Shown here: positions 1 through 7,930 of the stretch, piece after piece | Position numbering within the stretch: the stretch's first letter is position 1 | How the letters are laid out: each line of letters begins with the position of its first letter | Source of the DNA: a virus | Taxonomy: Duplodnaviria > Caudoviricetes | Length of the DNA: 33,901 nucleotides | IMG/VR virus record: IMGVR_UViG_3300030376_006603 | Location: 1 to 33,901 of that record | Reading direction: 5' to 3' (one strand) | The notes under the pieces: model-generated | Database searches by the model: none | Seen by the model: the letters and a program-made list of their open reading frames with translations, nothing else | Told to the model about the DNA's origin: nothing | Made by a program: the position numbers and the translations under genes

Positions 1-40
1 TTTATTTGATCTTATTTGATCTGGCCTTATAGTTATTTAG

Positions 41-529
41 TCAAGATCTCACGACCTGCAACTTACCATATGTTTCTTTCTTTCTGCCTCTTAAAGAAAT
101 ACAATCCCAATTCTGCCTTTTAGGTCGGCGGTGATAGTATCGATAGACCTCACCTGTTTCTTTATTAATGAGTTTCCATTTACCCTTGATTGTCTTTACT
201 GTGCCACCATTATCTTCTGATGCATAACAACGTTCGGGTCGTGCGCCCACCTTTACACACATCCGCTTCCACACAGCGTCGTGTCCATGCCCTGGGCCTG
301 TCAATGCATGGGCAATCTCATGAAGAACAACATCTTTTGTTTCCTCAAGAGTATTAATGTTCGCAAGTTTCTTGGTAATGCCGATCTCCTTACTTCCATA
401 TCGGCACTGCCCGTATCTTCGAACAGCTCTAGTGTCCCATACAAATTTCCAACCTATTCCTGTTAAGCACCATTCCTCCATCTTCTCTAATGCGAAGAGT
501 TTTACTTGGTGTAATTTAATTAAGTCCAT
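41..529 (-). CDS. SprT-like zinc metalloprotease domain protein
   Basis: HExxH motif (LHEIAHAL), followed by GHGHDAVWKRMC..VGA and preceded by RRYGQC, typical of SprT-like proteins. Start moved to ATG at 529 (MDLIK) to avoid overlap with the upstream gene. Confidence 0.85.
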   Translation of the reverse strand: MDLIKLHQVKLFALEKMEEWCLTGIGWKFVWDTRAVRRYGQCRYGSKEIGITKKLANINTLEETKDVVLHEIAHALTGPGHGHDAVWKRMCVKVGARPERCYASEDNGGTVKTIKGKWKLINKETGEVYRYYHRRPKRQNWDCISLRGRKKETYGKLQVVRS

Positions 530-578
530 TTTCTTAGGGTCTGTATAAACAATAATATTAGCAGTAATAAGGTCTCTA

Positions 579-863
579 TCACTGGGTGACGATGTGTTCG
601 ATGTGCTTCTCAATATATTGCTCGAAGTCGGCTATATTATCCAGATGCTTATCCCTCTCTGCTCTTGCTCTTACATATGAGGTGTCTATCCCAACATTAT
701 GATCTTGAACGTAATAATCTCTGCCGTGGAATTGACAAGAACCAATGGCTTCCCTTAATTCATTAATAGCAGATAGTATTTTAACATTACCCTGCAATAA
801 AGATTCTTTTGGTGTGCCGTTAAGGTGAACTGTCGGCAGTGGATACTCTTGTGTTTCAGTCAT
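579..863 (-). CDS. hypothetical phage protein
   Basis: 94-aa ORF with PTVHLNGT and HGRDYY motifs; sigma70-like promoter directly upstream. Confidence 0.8.
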   Translation of the reverse strand: MTETQEYPLPTVHLNGTPKESLLQGNVKILSAINELREAIGSCQFHGRDYYVQDHNVGIDTSYVRARAERDKHLDNIADFEQYIEKHIEHIVTQ

Positions 864-869
864 GCGGAA

Positions 870-898
870 ACTATACTCCCCACCTACGGTGGGGTCAA
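870..898 (-). promoter_or_regulatory. sigma70-like promoter, leaderless, with inverted repeat in spacer
   Basis: TTGACC-17 nt-TATAGT-6 nt-ATG on the minus strand; AT-rich upstream tract; CCCCACC-GTA-GGTGGGG at 878-894. Confidence 0.7.
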
Positions 899-935
899 GT
901 AATTAAAATAAAAAAAATTAAATTAAATTCCGCAG

Positions 936-1012
936 TGGCGCACCCATCAGGACTCGAACCTGAAACCCTCGCATTAGAAGTGCGATGCTCTATCCAGTTG
1001 AGCTATGGGCGC
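936..1012 (-). tRNA. tRNA-Arg(TCT)
   Basis: GCGCCCA acceptor, anticodon arm TCGCA-CTTCTAA-TGCGA, GTTCGAGTC T-loop, encoded CCA; 77 nt. Confidence 0.97.
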
Positions 1013-1091
1013 ATCAACATTATTATTAAGCGTAATATGCTACGACCTGCGATTATTTAGTTATTTACGTTCGATCCCACGATCTGGGGGT

Positions 1092-1167
<76 letters not shown>

Positions 1168-1207
1168 ATTATGTTTATTTAGATTATTTGGATTGATCTG
1201 GACGATC

Positions 1208-1281
1208 TAGGTGCGGTGGGATTCGAACCCACACTGGACGGATTTTAAGTCCGTTGTCTCTGCCAGTTGGACTACGCACCC
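1208..1281 (-). tRNA. tRNA-Leu(TAA), short variable loop, no encoded CCA
   Basis: GGGTGCG/CGCACCT acceptor, discriminator A, anticodon arm ACGGA-CTTAAAA-TCCGT, variable region CCAGT, T arm GTGGG-TTCGAAT-CCCAC. Confidence 0.92.
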
Positions 1282-1295
1282 TAGAGTGGTCTCAT

Positions 1296-1324
1296 ATCCT
1301 AACCATCAGACCAGTAATCGTCAA
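1296..1324 (-). promoter_or_regulatory. putative sigma70-like promoter for the tRNA cluster
   Basis: TTGACG-17 nt-TAGGAT, 14 nt upstream of the tRNA-Leu 5' end. Confidence 0.55.
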
Positions 1325-1600
1325 TCTCTTCGTCTCTATGTGATGTCTTTTCTCCCCTACTATAAGCAAGTAAAACAAAAGAAAAAAAGAGAATAATAGT
1401 TCCCCAAGGGGTTCCGTCTTCCATAAACTATTTAAAAATAATAAAAATGTTATTTAATTAATTAAAAAGGGTAGGTTGTAAGCTATCCTGCTAATAAAGA
1501 CAAATCCTTATGGTTACAGTATATTCTTTTATATTCTCCCCTATAAGTATCTTATCCTCTTGGTAATTGTAAATGCGTAAAAGAAAAGGTGTTTTTATAA

Positions 1601-1813
1601 TTACAAACGGTCATTGAATAAATCTATATTCTTCGCTTTAGAGAATTGGTTATTGTATTCTACTATCTCTTTTACTCTGTATATCTCTCCTAGAGTCTCT
1701 GTGGTTCTACCAGAGTTGTCTACCTGACGTAGTGCTATGAGATCTGCTTCAGCAGATGACAGGACGTTCAGAAGCTCTCTGATAAGCTCATCGGGGGATA
1801 GATACTCACTCAT
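1601..1813 (-). CDS. hypothetical protein
   Basis: Start moved to MSEYLSPDEL (ATG 1813), overlapping the end of the upstream small ORF. Confidence 0.7.
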   Translation of the reverse strand: MSEYLSPDELIRELLNVLSSAEADLIALRQVDNSGRTTETLGEIYRVKEIVEYNNQFSKAKNIDLFNDRL

Positions 1814-1958
1814 TGAGTTGTTCTTGAATATATTCTCTAATCTCAACAAAGAAATCATCAGACAAATCCATCTGCTCACACAGGTCTTCTGGTATTGAAG
1901 CACAAGCTATTCTAGCCATCTCCAATATCTTTACATCGTATAGTTCTTCTACCATCAT
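1806..1958 (-). CDS. small acidic hypothetical protein (50 aa, not in ORF track)
   Basis: MMVEELYDVKILEMARIACASIPEDLCEQMDLSDDFFVEIREYIQEQLNE*; fills the gap between co-oriented genes. Confidence 0.7.
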   Translation of the reverse strand: MMVEELYDVKILEMARIACASIPEDLCEQMDLSDDFFVEIREYIQEQLNE

Positions 1959-1968
1959 AGCATCTGAA

Positions 1969-2271
1969 TTAATCATTAATAAGAATGATAATCTTGCCCC
2001 GATTCTTTTTGAGTGTTACTGTATCTCCTGCTTCTGCTTGGTGCTTTAGCTTGGTAATAGAGATTCTCTTATCTCCTCTGGTCTTAGCCTTATAGAAGGT
2101 CACCTTTGCTTCTGTCCCATCTGGATACTTACCAGATACAAGATGTTTTTCTCCGCATTCAGCTTCTGAATAATCAAAAGAGAATTGCTTGGCTAGTTCA
2201 CAAACTGATTTGTTTGCGTCTATGATACTCTTGTTGAGCATGGTGTCTGTTATGTTTATGGTTGCTTTCAT
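1969..2271 (-). CDS. stand-alone B3-like/restriction-enzyme-type DNA-binding domain (putative)
   Basis: ITDTMLNKSIIDAN...FYKAKTRGDKRISI..LKHQAEAGD resembles the N-terminal accessory domain seen in MvaI/BcnI-family restriction proteins; basic, 100 aa. Confidence 0.55.
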   Translation of the reverse strand: MKATINITDTMLNKSIIDANKSVCELAKQFSFDYSEAECGEKHLVSGKYPDGTEAKVTFYKAKTRGDKRISITKLKHQAEAGDTVTLKKNRGKIIILIND

Positions 2272-2286
2272 GTTTTTGGTTTGCTG

Positions 2287-2562
2287 TTAATTAATCTCGT
2301 AAACTGATGTTACTGTCTCTATCTCATGATCTGGGTTGTCGCTGCCATCCCAAGTCTTTCCTACTAAATCTGTGTCTTCTGATAACTCTGCTTTCTCGAA
2401 GTAATAAGAGATAGTGCCATCCATAGCAACTAAATCTAAATCTTCTACTTTGTCGTGATCGAAGTCTTTGATGTCTTCTGAAAATTTATCATCCCCCAAC
2501 CAACAAACGGTTGAAGCATGTCCTATCTTATCTGTGACTGTAATTATCTTGCTCCTCTGCAT
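2287..2562 (-). CDS. small highly acidic hypothetical protein
   Basis: 91 aa with about 23 D/E versus 8 K/R. Confidence 0.75.
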   Translation of the reverse strand: MQRSKIITVTDKIGHASTVCWLGDDKFSEDIKDFDHDKVEDLDLVAMDGTISYYFEKAELSEDTDLVGKTWDGSDNPDHEIETVTSVYEIN

Positions 2563-2719
2563 TTTCTGTTTTTATGTTACTATCTGCTAATATCTGGTCT
2601 TCTGTCCCCAATAATTCTGTAAGGACTAGGCTTTCTGCTCTGTTGCAAGCATCTGTATTGTTTCCTGCTATCACTCGAACATCTTGAGTTACGGTGACTT
2701 TTACTGTATACCATTTCAT
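2528..2719 (-). CDS. hypothetical protein
   Basis: 63 aa; ATGA overlap with the upstream gene; YTVKVTVTQDVRV.A..DA..A pattern common in small phage proteins. Confidence 0.65.
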   Translation of the reverse strand: MKWYTVKVTVTQDVRVIAGNNTDACNRAESLVLTELLGTEDQILADSNIKTENAEEQDNYSHR

Positions 2720-3036
2720 TTGCCGTTAATATACCTCTTGTATTCTGCTTTGACAAGTGGAATAACCATATAATCCACAATTCTTACTAAAGCCTCTTCT
2801 GTATTATCGCAATCGAGAATGTTAGATAACCCGCCAACTCCTAAAGCTGCATGATGAGCTTCATGAATCAAAGTATCTAACTGCTCCTCTGGACTAAGAC
2901 CTTTTCTGATCATAATAACCCTCTTGTCAAAATCCATTTGCCCGAAATCATCCATCTCTTTGAATACAACTTTGAACTTCATCCCTCCCACATTTATTGT
3001 GGAAGGGGGCTTGTAAATCTTTTTTCTTTGTGCCAT
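2716..3036 (-). CDS. HExxH metallopeptidase-like phage protein
   Basis: FGQMDFDKRVIMI...DTLIHEAHHA...EEALV; TAATG coupling to ruvB. Confidence 0.75.
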   Translation of the reverse strand: MAQRKKIYKPPSTINVGGMKFKVVFKEMDDFGQMDFDKRVIMIRKGLSPEEQLDTLIHEAHHAALGVGGLSNILDCDNTEEALVRIVDYMVIPLVKAEYKRYINGK

Positions 3037-3956
3037 TACCCTATCTTTTCTAATGCTTTAACTCCTTTACCTGTGATCTCTCTCTTGCCATCGATTTTCA
3101 TAAACCCATTCTTCAAGAGAAATACCTCTGAATCTTTTTGTAATGCAGTCCTAGACATACCAGTAACAGCAGACAACATCTGCAAGGTGCAAGCTCCTCG
3201 ATCTTTCAAGATCCGCATCACCTGCAACTCGGTGTTATTGATACCATATGGCATAATGCCTAGCATGTCACATAAATTATTCCACTCTTTTTTGCCAAAT
3301 CGAGATTTGTTATTGACTTCAGCCCATGCGCTGATCTCCAATGCTCTCTTGATAGCAGATCTCGCATTACTTCGAACCGTCTGGCAGATCTCTTTAAGAA
3401 CATTATCCTCGAACTTAATCCAGTCTAATTTTCTTTGCAGTATGCCACCCAACTGCTCTGCACTGTAAGGCTCGAAATCAAGTTGAGTAAGGCGATCTTT
3501 AAACGGAGGGAAGAGTTTATCAAGCTCTGTAGTAGCGAACAGGAAAGTCTGACGCTCGAACTCGAAGAACAATGTGGATTCACCGAACTCAAATCTCTTT
3601 GTCTTTGCTCCCTCTACGTTAAATATTGTAAGGAATGCCATCTCCAGATCTTTCGGTAGTGCGTGACACTCATCCAAAAGAATGGTAACGTCCTTATCTA
3701 AAATAGCAGGAATAAAAACTTGCTCAAAGAACTGCTCCGCATTTCGAATGGTAGAACAGTTGATTTCGATCATTGGTTTCTTAAGAGACTGGGCAAAAGC
3801 TTTTGCGAACTCTGTCTTACCTAGTCCCTTGGCTCCGTTAAAAAGAATAAAAGGAAGCGTTCCTGTAGCTTTCTTTGCTCTGCTGTAAAACTTGAGACGC
3901 TTTTTAAGTGTCTCCTGTCCAATCAGCCCATCAAACATATCAGTGGTATTGCTCAT
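3036..3956 (-). CDS. ruvB: RuvB-like Holliday junction branch-migration AAA+ ATPase
   Basis: FDGLIGQ, Walker A GAKGLGKT, Walker B LLDECH, sensor-1 FATT, Arg-finger KDRL, sensor-2 SNAR, C-terminal winged-helix region (EVFLLKNGFM..GKREIT); 306 aa. Confidence 0.88.
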   Translation of the reverse strand: MSNTTDMFDGLIGQETLKKRLKFYSRAKKATGTLPFILFNGAKGLGKTEFAKAFAQSLKKPMIEINCSTIRNAEQFFEQVFIPAILDKDVTILLDECHALPKDLEMAFLTIFNVEGAKTKRFEFGESTLFFEFERQTFLFATTELDKLFPPFKDRLTQLDFEPYSAEQLGGILQRKLDWIKFEDNVLKEICQTVRSNARSAIKRALEISAWAEVNNKSRFGKKEWNNLCDMLGIMPYGINNTELQVMRILKDRGACTLQMLSAVTGMSRTALQKDSEVFLLKNGFMKIDGKREITGKGVKALEKIG

Positions 3957-4201
3957 TACTCAAATGTGTTTACGGTAAATTCGATTCTCTCTTCTGTTTC
4001 TTCTACTTTAGCGGGGACAGGATCGATTGTCAAGGATTCTTGCGCTTCGATTACATCTTCCAGCCAACGCTTGGATACTACAATGGTCGCTTGATTGGTC
4101 ATACCTACATTACGCAAGCGATCAGACAAGTCTTTGAGTCTGATCTTAGTGAATGAAGTAGAACCTTTCTTGCGTCCTCTTTTCTTTGGTGTTTCGCTCA
4201 T
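3956..4201 (-). CDS. small protein with AT-hook-like basic N-terminus and acidic C-terminus
   Basis: MSETPKKRGRKKGSTSF...EETEERIEF; start set at ATG 4201, just downstream of a promoter; TAATG coupling to ruvB. Confidence 0.75.
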   Translation of the reverse strand: MSETPKKRGRKKGSTSFTKIRLKDLSDRLRNVGMTNQATIVVSKRWLEDVIEAQESLTIDPVPAKVEETEERIEFTVNTFE

Positions 4202-4210
4202 ATGGTGGGT

Positions 4211-4238
4211 ATTATACATGGCTCGAAACCCTTCGCAA
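4211..4238 (-). promoter_or_regulatory. sigma70-like promoter of the ruvB operon
   Basis: TTGCGA-16 nt-TATAAT-9 nt-ATG with an upstream A-tract. Confidence 0.6.
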
Positions 4239-4468
4239 GTCTTTTTTTGCATTTTAATTATTTTTTTTTCCCATAAATGTAATTGATATAATATTCTTAC
4301 AACGATTTTAATCGGATGTAATTAGATAGGCCGACCGCAACAACACAAAAAAAATGCGTAACTAACTTTTAACTAATTACGCAAAAAAAATATCTTGATA
4401 AGATTTAAAATTTAATTTAATTTTTTTTTATTCTTTTTTAAAAATTTTAATTCTTTTATTTGAAAAAA

Positions 4469-4515
4469 AATCATTCGATCTGGGACTTATTTGGCTCACA
4501 ATCATTCGATCTGGG
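4469..4515. repeat. 16-bp direct repeat AATCATTCGATCTGGG
   Basis: Exact copies at 4469-4484 and 4500-4515; the second includes the formyltransferase stop codon. Confidence 0.85.
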
Positions 4516-5302
4516 GGTCTATCCATTTAGGATAAGGAGCATTATTAGATATTTTAAAAATCTTCTTAAAATCATCACTCCAATCGTTATTTATCAAAGA
4601 ATCTTTAGGAGTTCTTGGTGGCATGTATACATTTAGCCCATTAGATAATGAATTGTTCAAAATATTTACAGCATGGAAGCTATCTGTATGTTTGTTTATC
4701 TTTACATCCCATTTAGTATTTTCTTGAGGGACGTAATTTCCATCTAAAACATCTCGTAAAGCTTCTATTGTTAAATCATCACACCTCTCGGTAAATTCTA
4801 ACTCGGAGCAGTTGCTATTGTAATTAAATTTTTTTACTTTTAGAATTCTACCAGAATCTATCTTCTTGTCTATTTCCATTATAGACACTCCCCACTCGCC
4901 AATATTAAGCATCCTACCCCAAACTAATGATGCTCCTCCTTGCACATCAGGGAGGACAGCGCCATGATTGCCTATAACATCAAAAGAATTTATAATGTAT
5001 TCAGGAATAATTCTCGAATCACCTAATGTGATAATTAAATCAACTTTTTTGTCAGTGCAAATCTTGTAAAACAAATCCCAATCATCTGACTTTATAAGTT
5101 TCGGGGCTTTTTTACAGTCATAAGAATCAATAAAATGATCTAATGATACAGAATTTACTTTTTTGATAAGAGATTGTTCATTTAGACCAAGCACAACTTC
5201 TAAACTAATAGAAGGCATAACCCTTAAGGCTGCGAGACCTTTAAGAGTTAAACGTGTGCTGCCTACAACTGCTACTTTAATGACAGAATCTTTTTCGACC
5301 AT
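4502..5302 (-). CDS. formyltransferase family protein (Formyl_trans_N; probably sugar-nucleotide N-formyltransferase)
   Basis: GNHGAVLPDVQGGASLVW and GVSIMEIDKKIDSGRIL match the N10-formyl-THF transferase N/H/D motifs; no Fmt-type C-terminal domain recognisable. Confidence 0.85.
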   Translation of the reverse strand: MVEKDSVIKVAVVGSTRLTLKGLAALRVMPSISLEVVLGLNEQSLIKKVNSVSLDHFIDSYDCKKAPKLIKSDDWDLFYKICTDKKVDLIITLGDSRIIPEYIINSFDVIGNHGAVLPDVQGGASLVWGRMLNIGEWGVSIMEIDKKIDSGRILKVKKFNYNSNCSELEFTERCDDLTIEALRDVLDGNYVPQENTKWDVKINKHTDSFHAVNILNNSLSNGLNVYMPPRTPKDSLINNDWSDDFKKIFKISNNAPYPKWIDPQIE

Positions 5303-5826
5303 CTCTTAGCCATCTCATTGTAACCTTCGTGAGTAAAATGAACCCCGTCAATCAAATATTTTTCCATATCGTCCATACAACAGATATCAAATTCAAGACG
5401 TTTAGACAAGTTATCAATAACTTTATTATACTTTGTAGTCCAATTTCTATTTTTTGCGTAGTAAGGGCTAAAAGTCAAAGCGGGTAGAGTCCCGACGATA
5501 GGAATCATTCCATTAACCTTAATAGACTTGATGATTTGTGTTAAATTATCCTCATAAATGTCAAGTGGAGTGGGTTTTTTAGTATCATTCGTGCCTATAA
5601 GAAGTAAACATATTTTACAATCTTTATTAGACTTTATAATATTCCAAGATCTTCTAAGTAAATCAGAGCTTGTTTCTCCATTTATTCCATAATTATGACA
5701 GATATAAAACTCTTCAGTTTCTTCCGATAAAATCTTACCCAATTCAGCAGGATAAGAACGTCCGTATCTATCTCTAGCTCCATAAGTTAAAGAGTCTCCG
5801 AGGCATAGTATCTCATTCCAGATCAT
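5272..5826 (-). CDS. SGNH/GDSL hydrolase
   Basis: Blocks GDSLT, GING, GTND and DGVH all present. Confidence 0.93.
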   Translation of the reverse strand: MIWNEILCLGDSLTYGARDRYGRSYPAELGKILSEETEEFYICHNYGINGETSSDLLRRSWNIIKSNKDCKICLLLIGTNDTKKPTPLDIYEDNLTQIIKSIKVNGMIPIVGTLPALTFSPYYAKNRNWTTKYNKVIDNLSKRLEFDICCMDDMEKYLIDGVHFTHEGYNEMAKRWSKKILSLK

Positions 5827-5843
5827 TTTATTATTATATATGA

Positions 5844-6314
5844 TTAAACGACTCTTTCAAACCAAGAAGGGATTTCTCTTTTGCTCCATTTAGCGAAGTA
5901 AGCTTTTTCTCCGTTGTAATAAGAACGATAAGCTGTGACAGAGCATTCGTTTTTGTATTCATCTGGCATTGCTTGAGCAAACTTGGTCAGACCAATACGT
6001 GGTAGATCTAATTTGTGGTAGTTGCATCCACACCAATGGATAGCTTGTAAAGATTTATGAACCTTACCATAGCGTCTAGTATACTCTTGGCACATAGCGT
6101 AAGCGTGAGAAAGTAGCCATTCGTAATTTTCTTCTGATTCTCTTGCCCATTTAGTGCATGGGTGGTTGTAGAAGGCTCGTTTGTATGGAGCATCTCCCTT
6201 GGGAAAGACAGCGCAAAGCATTTGAGCTGATTCAAGAATCATTTTCACTACATGCTTATCGCACAATTGTTGCGCGGCTATCTTGGGGTCGGTATCTACT
6301 GCGAATATGTTCAT
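5844..6314 (-). CDS. pyrimidine-dimer DNA glycosylase-like phage protein
   Basis: MNIF...DKHVVKMILESAQML...NHPCTKW...EYTRRYGKVH...FAQAMPDEYK, a widespread phage family; start at ATG 6314. Confidence 0.75.
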   Translation of the reverse strand: MNIFAVDTDPKIAAQQLCDKHVVKMILESAQMLCAVFPKGDAPYKRAFYNHPCTKWARESEENYEWLLSHAYAMCQEYTRRYGKVHKSLQAIHWCGCNYHKLDLPRIGLTKFAQAMPDEYKNECSVTAYRSYYNGEKAYFAKWSKREIPSWFERVV

Positions 6315-6319
6315 GTCGC

Positions 6320-7093
6320 TCAAATAATAGACCAATCGCATTTCCAGTCAAGCAATTGTTGTTTTGTTTTTTTCGTATATGGAGTTCGGAAAGATAAATC
6401 TTTTTGTATGTATTCAGCTCTCTTTGCCTCTTTTACCACAGAGCTGTGAACGTTATTTTCGTGAAATCTGTAGTAATAAAGCCCGTCTGTAACATAAAAA
6501 CATTTATTTTCCCCTGCCATTTCGACCATTGGTATACACAGAGCTACATCGACTCCATATTCAAAAAAGTTATTGTTTTTATCTCTTAAATCTACATTTT
6601 TAATGTTCTTTAATAAGAAAAATTTATAGGATCTCAAATGTGTTAAACAAAAAGTTTGATTCCTTAATGATACAGACCAATTTATTTCTGAATAAAAGTC
6701 TTCTGGACATCGAAAACGTGAAGAATGGGTAATTCCACCGTAAGTAAACCAATAACCTTTTGAGTATATTTCTTTTACATACGATAGAACGTTTGGATGA
6801 AGGAAATAGTCATCACCATCTAAAATAATAATTACATCTTCGTCATTAGGTTCGGCGTGGTGAACAAAATTTAATGTCTGATTAAATGTTAATCCATTAT
6901 TGTTCTTGTTACTAAGGATTTTTATTCTTGAGTCACCATTGGATGCTTTTTTTGCTACCTTTACAGTATTATCAGTGCTTGCATCCTCTATAATATACAT
7001 CTCCCATTCACTCTCATTTTGAGCTAACACACTTTCGATGCACTCTTTTATAAATGCTTCGCAATTGTAACAGGTAGTAAGTATTTTAAACAT
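6320..7093 (-). CDS. glycosyltransferase family 2 (GT-A fold)
   Basis: TCYNCEAFIKECIESVLAQ, EDASTDNT, LDGDD (DxD), LYYYRFH. Confidence 0.92.
   Translation of the reverse strand: MFKILTTCYNCEAFIKECIESVLAQNESEWEMYIIEDASTDNTVKVAKKASNGDSRIKILSNKNNNGLTFNQTLNFVHHAEPNDEDVIIILDGDDYFLHPNVLSYVKEIYSKGYWFTYGGITHSSRFRCPEDFYSEINWSVSLRNQTFCLTHLRSYKFFLLKNIKNVDLRDKNNNFFEYGVDVALCIPMVEMAGENKCFYVTDGLYYYRFHENNVHSSVVKEAKRAEYIQKDLSFRTPYTKKTKQQLLDWKCDWSII
6324..6351 (-). promoter_or_regulatory. sigma70-like promoter inside the 3' end of the GT2 gene
   Basis: TTGACT-16 nt-TATTAT-9 nt-ATG. Confidence 0.55.
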
Positions 7094-7304
7094 CTTCTTT
7101 CAATATCTTTTCGATATCGTATTCGTAGAACCTTAAACCAAGAACAACGCAATCCCAAAGAAAAGTTTCTAAAGTGGGACTGGGATTTATTTCTTCTTTT
7201 AAAGAATTATAAATATTTTTTTTCTCTTTATTAGAATCTATGTCAATCTGACGGATTTTTTCTGATGCTTCCTTAATTAAAGCTAGTTTTTCTTCAGCGT
7301 TCAT
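7086..7304 (-). CDS. hypothetical protein
   Basis: MNAEEKLAL...; TAATG coupling with the upstream small ORF. Confidence 0.7.
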   Translation of the reverse strand: MNAEEKLALIKEASEKIRQIDIDSNKEKKNIYNSLKEEINPSPTLETFLWDCVVLGLRFYEYDIEKILKEDV

Positions 7305-7459
7305 TACCAATTCTTTATAATATTAGCTATAATAAATAAATTACAGACAATAGCCTGAAAAATAATTAGAGTTCTGATAAAAGCTACACAATCAGCTTCA
7401 TGGTCTTTACCCTGCTTTTCTCCTAATGCTTTTGCCCACAACCTCCAAACATTTTTCAC
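7304..7459 (-). CDS. small membrane protein of a common aquatic-phage family (51 aa, not in ORF track)
   Basis: GTG start; MKNVWRLWAKALGEKQGKDHEADCVAFIRTLIIFQAIVCNLFIIANIIKNW*; GTGA and TAATG overlaps with neighbours. Confidence 0.8.
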   Translation of the reverse strand: MKNVWRLWAKALGEKQGKDHEADCVAFIRTLIIFQAIVCNLFIIANIIKNW

Positions 7460-7914
7460 GGCATATCTCCTTCTCCGACAGCATACGTTTGCTTATAATG
7501 AAGACCTTCGTTACCGTTTTGCCCGATAACATTCATACGCTTCTCTGCTTGAATCTCTTCTTCACCAGTTGGTAATTTGGAAACTTGTTGTTCGATCTGG
7601 GATCTTTCTTCCATCAACATCGCTTTAGCTAATATCGCGTAATTTACGATATCATCGCAAGCGTCCTCTACTGTTTCATTTGGAACAGAAAGTTCTTTAT
7701 CGTTAGTGAATGAGCGGATTCTTTGAATCTTATCAATCACACGCAACAACAACCCTTGAACTGGGTGGATGCCTAGCATTTTAGATGCATTAAAATTAGC
7801 AAACACATCAGTTGCGCCTTTGCCACCAGTGTAATCGCTATTTTTTTGTTTCATGATCGCCTTGCAAGCATTGCAAGTGTCATCGTGGAGTTGTAGTAGT
7901 TCTTTATTTGTCAT
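7456..7914 (-). CDS. DUF1599 / nucleotide-modification-associated domain 1-like protein
   Basis: KNSDY...FANF...LLRVIDKIQRI...ETVEDACDDIVNYAIL; extra C-terminal RMNVIGQNGNEGLHY motif. Confidence 0.75.
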   Translation of the reverse strand: MTNKELLQLHDDTCNACKAIMKQKNSDYTGGKGATDVFANFNASKMLGIHPVQGLLLRVIDKIQRIRSFTNDKELSVPNETVEDACDDIVNYAILAKAMLMEERSQIEQQVSKLPTGEEEIQAEKRMNVIGQNGNEGLHYKQTYAVGEGDMP

Positions 7915-7930
7915 TTTTTAAATATTCCAG

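Noticed and set aside
1208-1281. Stop-codon suppressor tRNA or recoded genome
   Set aside because: The loop CTTAAAA places TAA at positions 34-36 (reads UUA, Leu), not TTA; TAA, TAG and TGA all terminate well-formed genes here.
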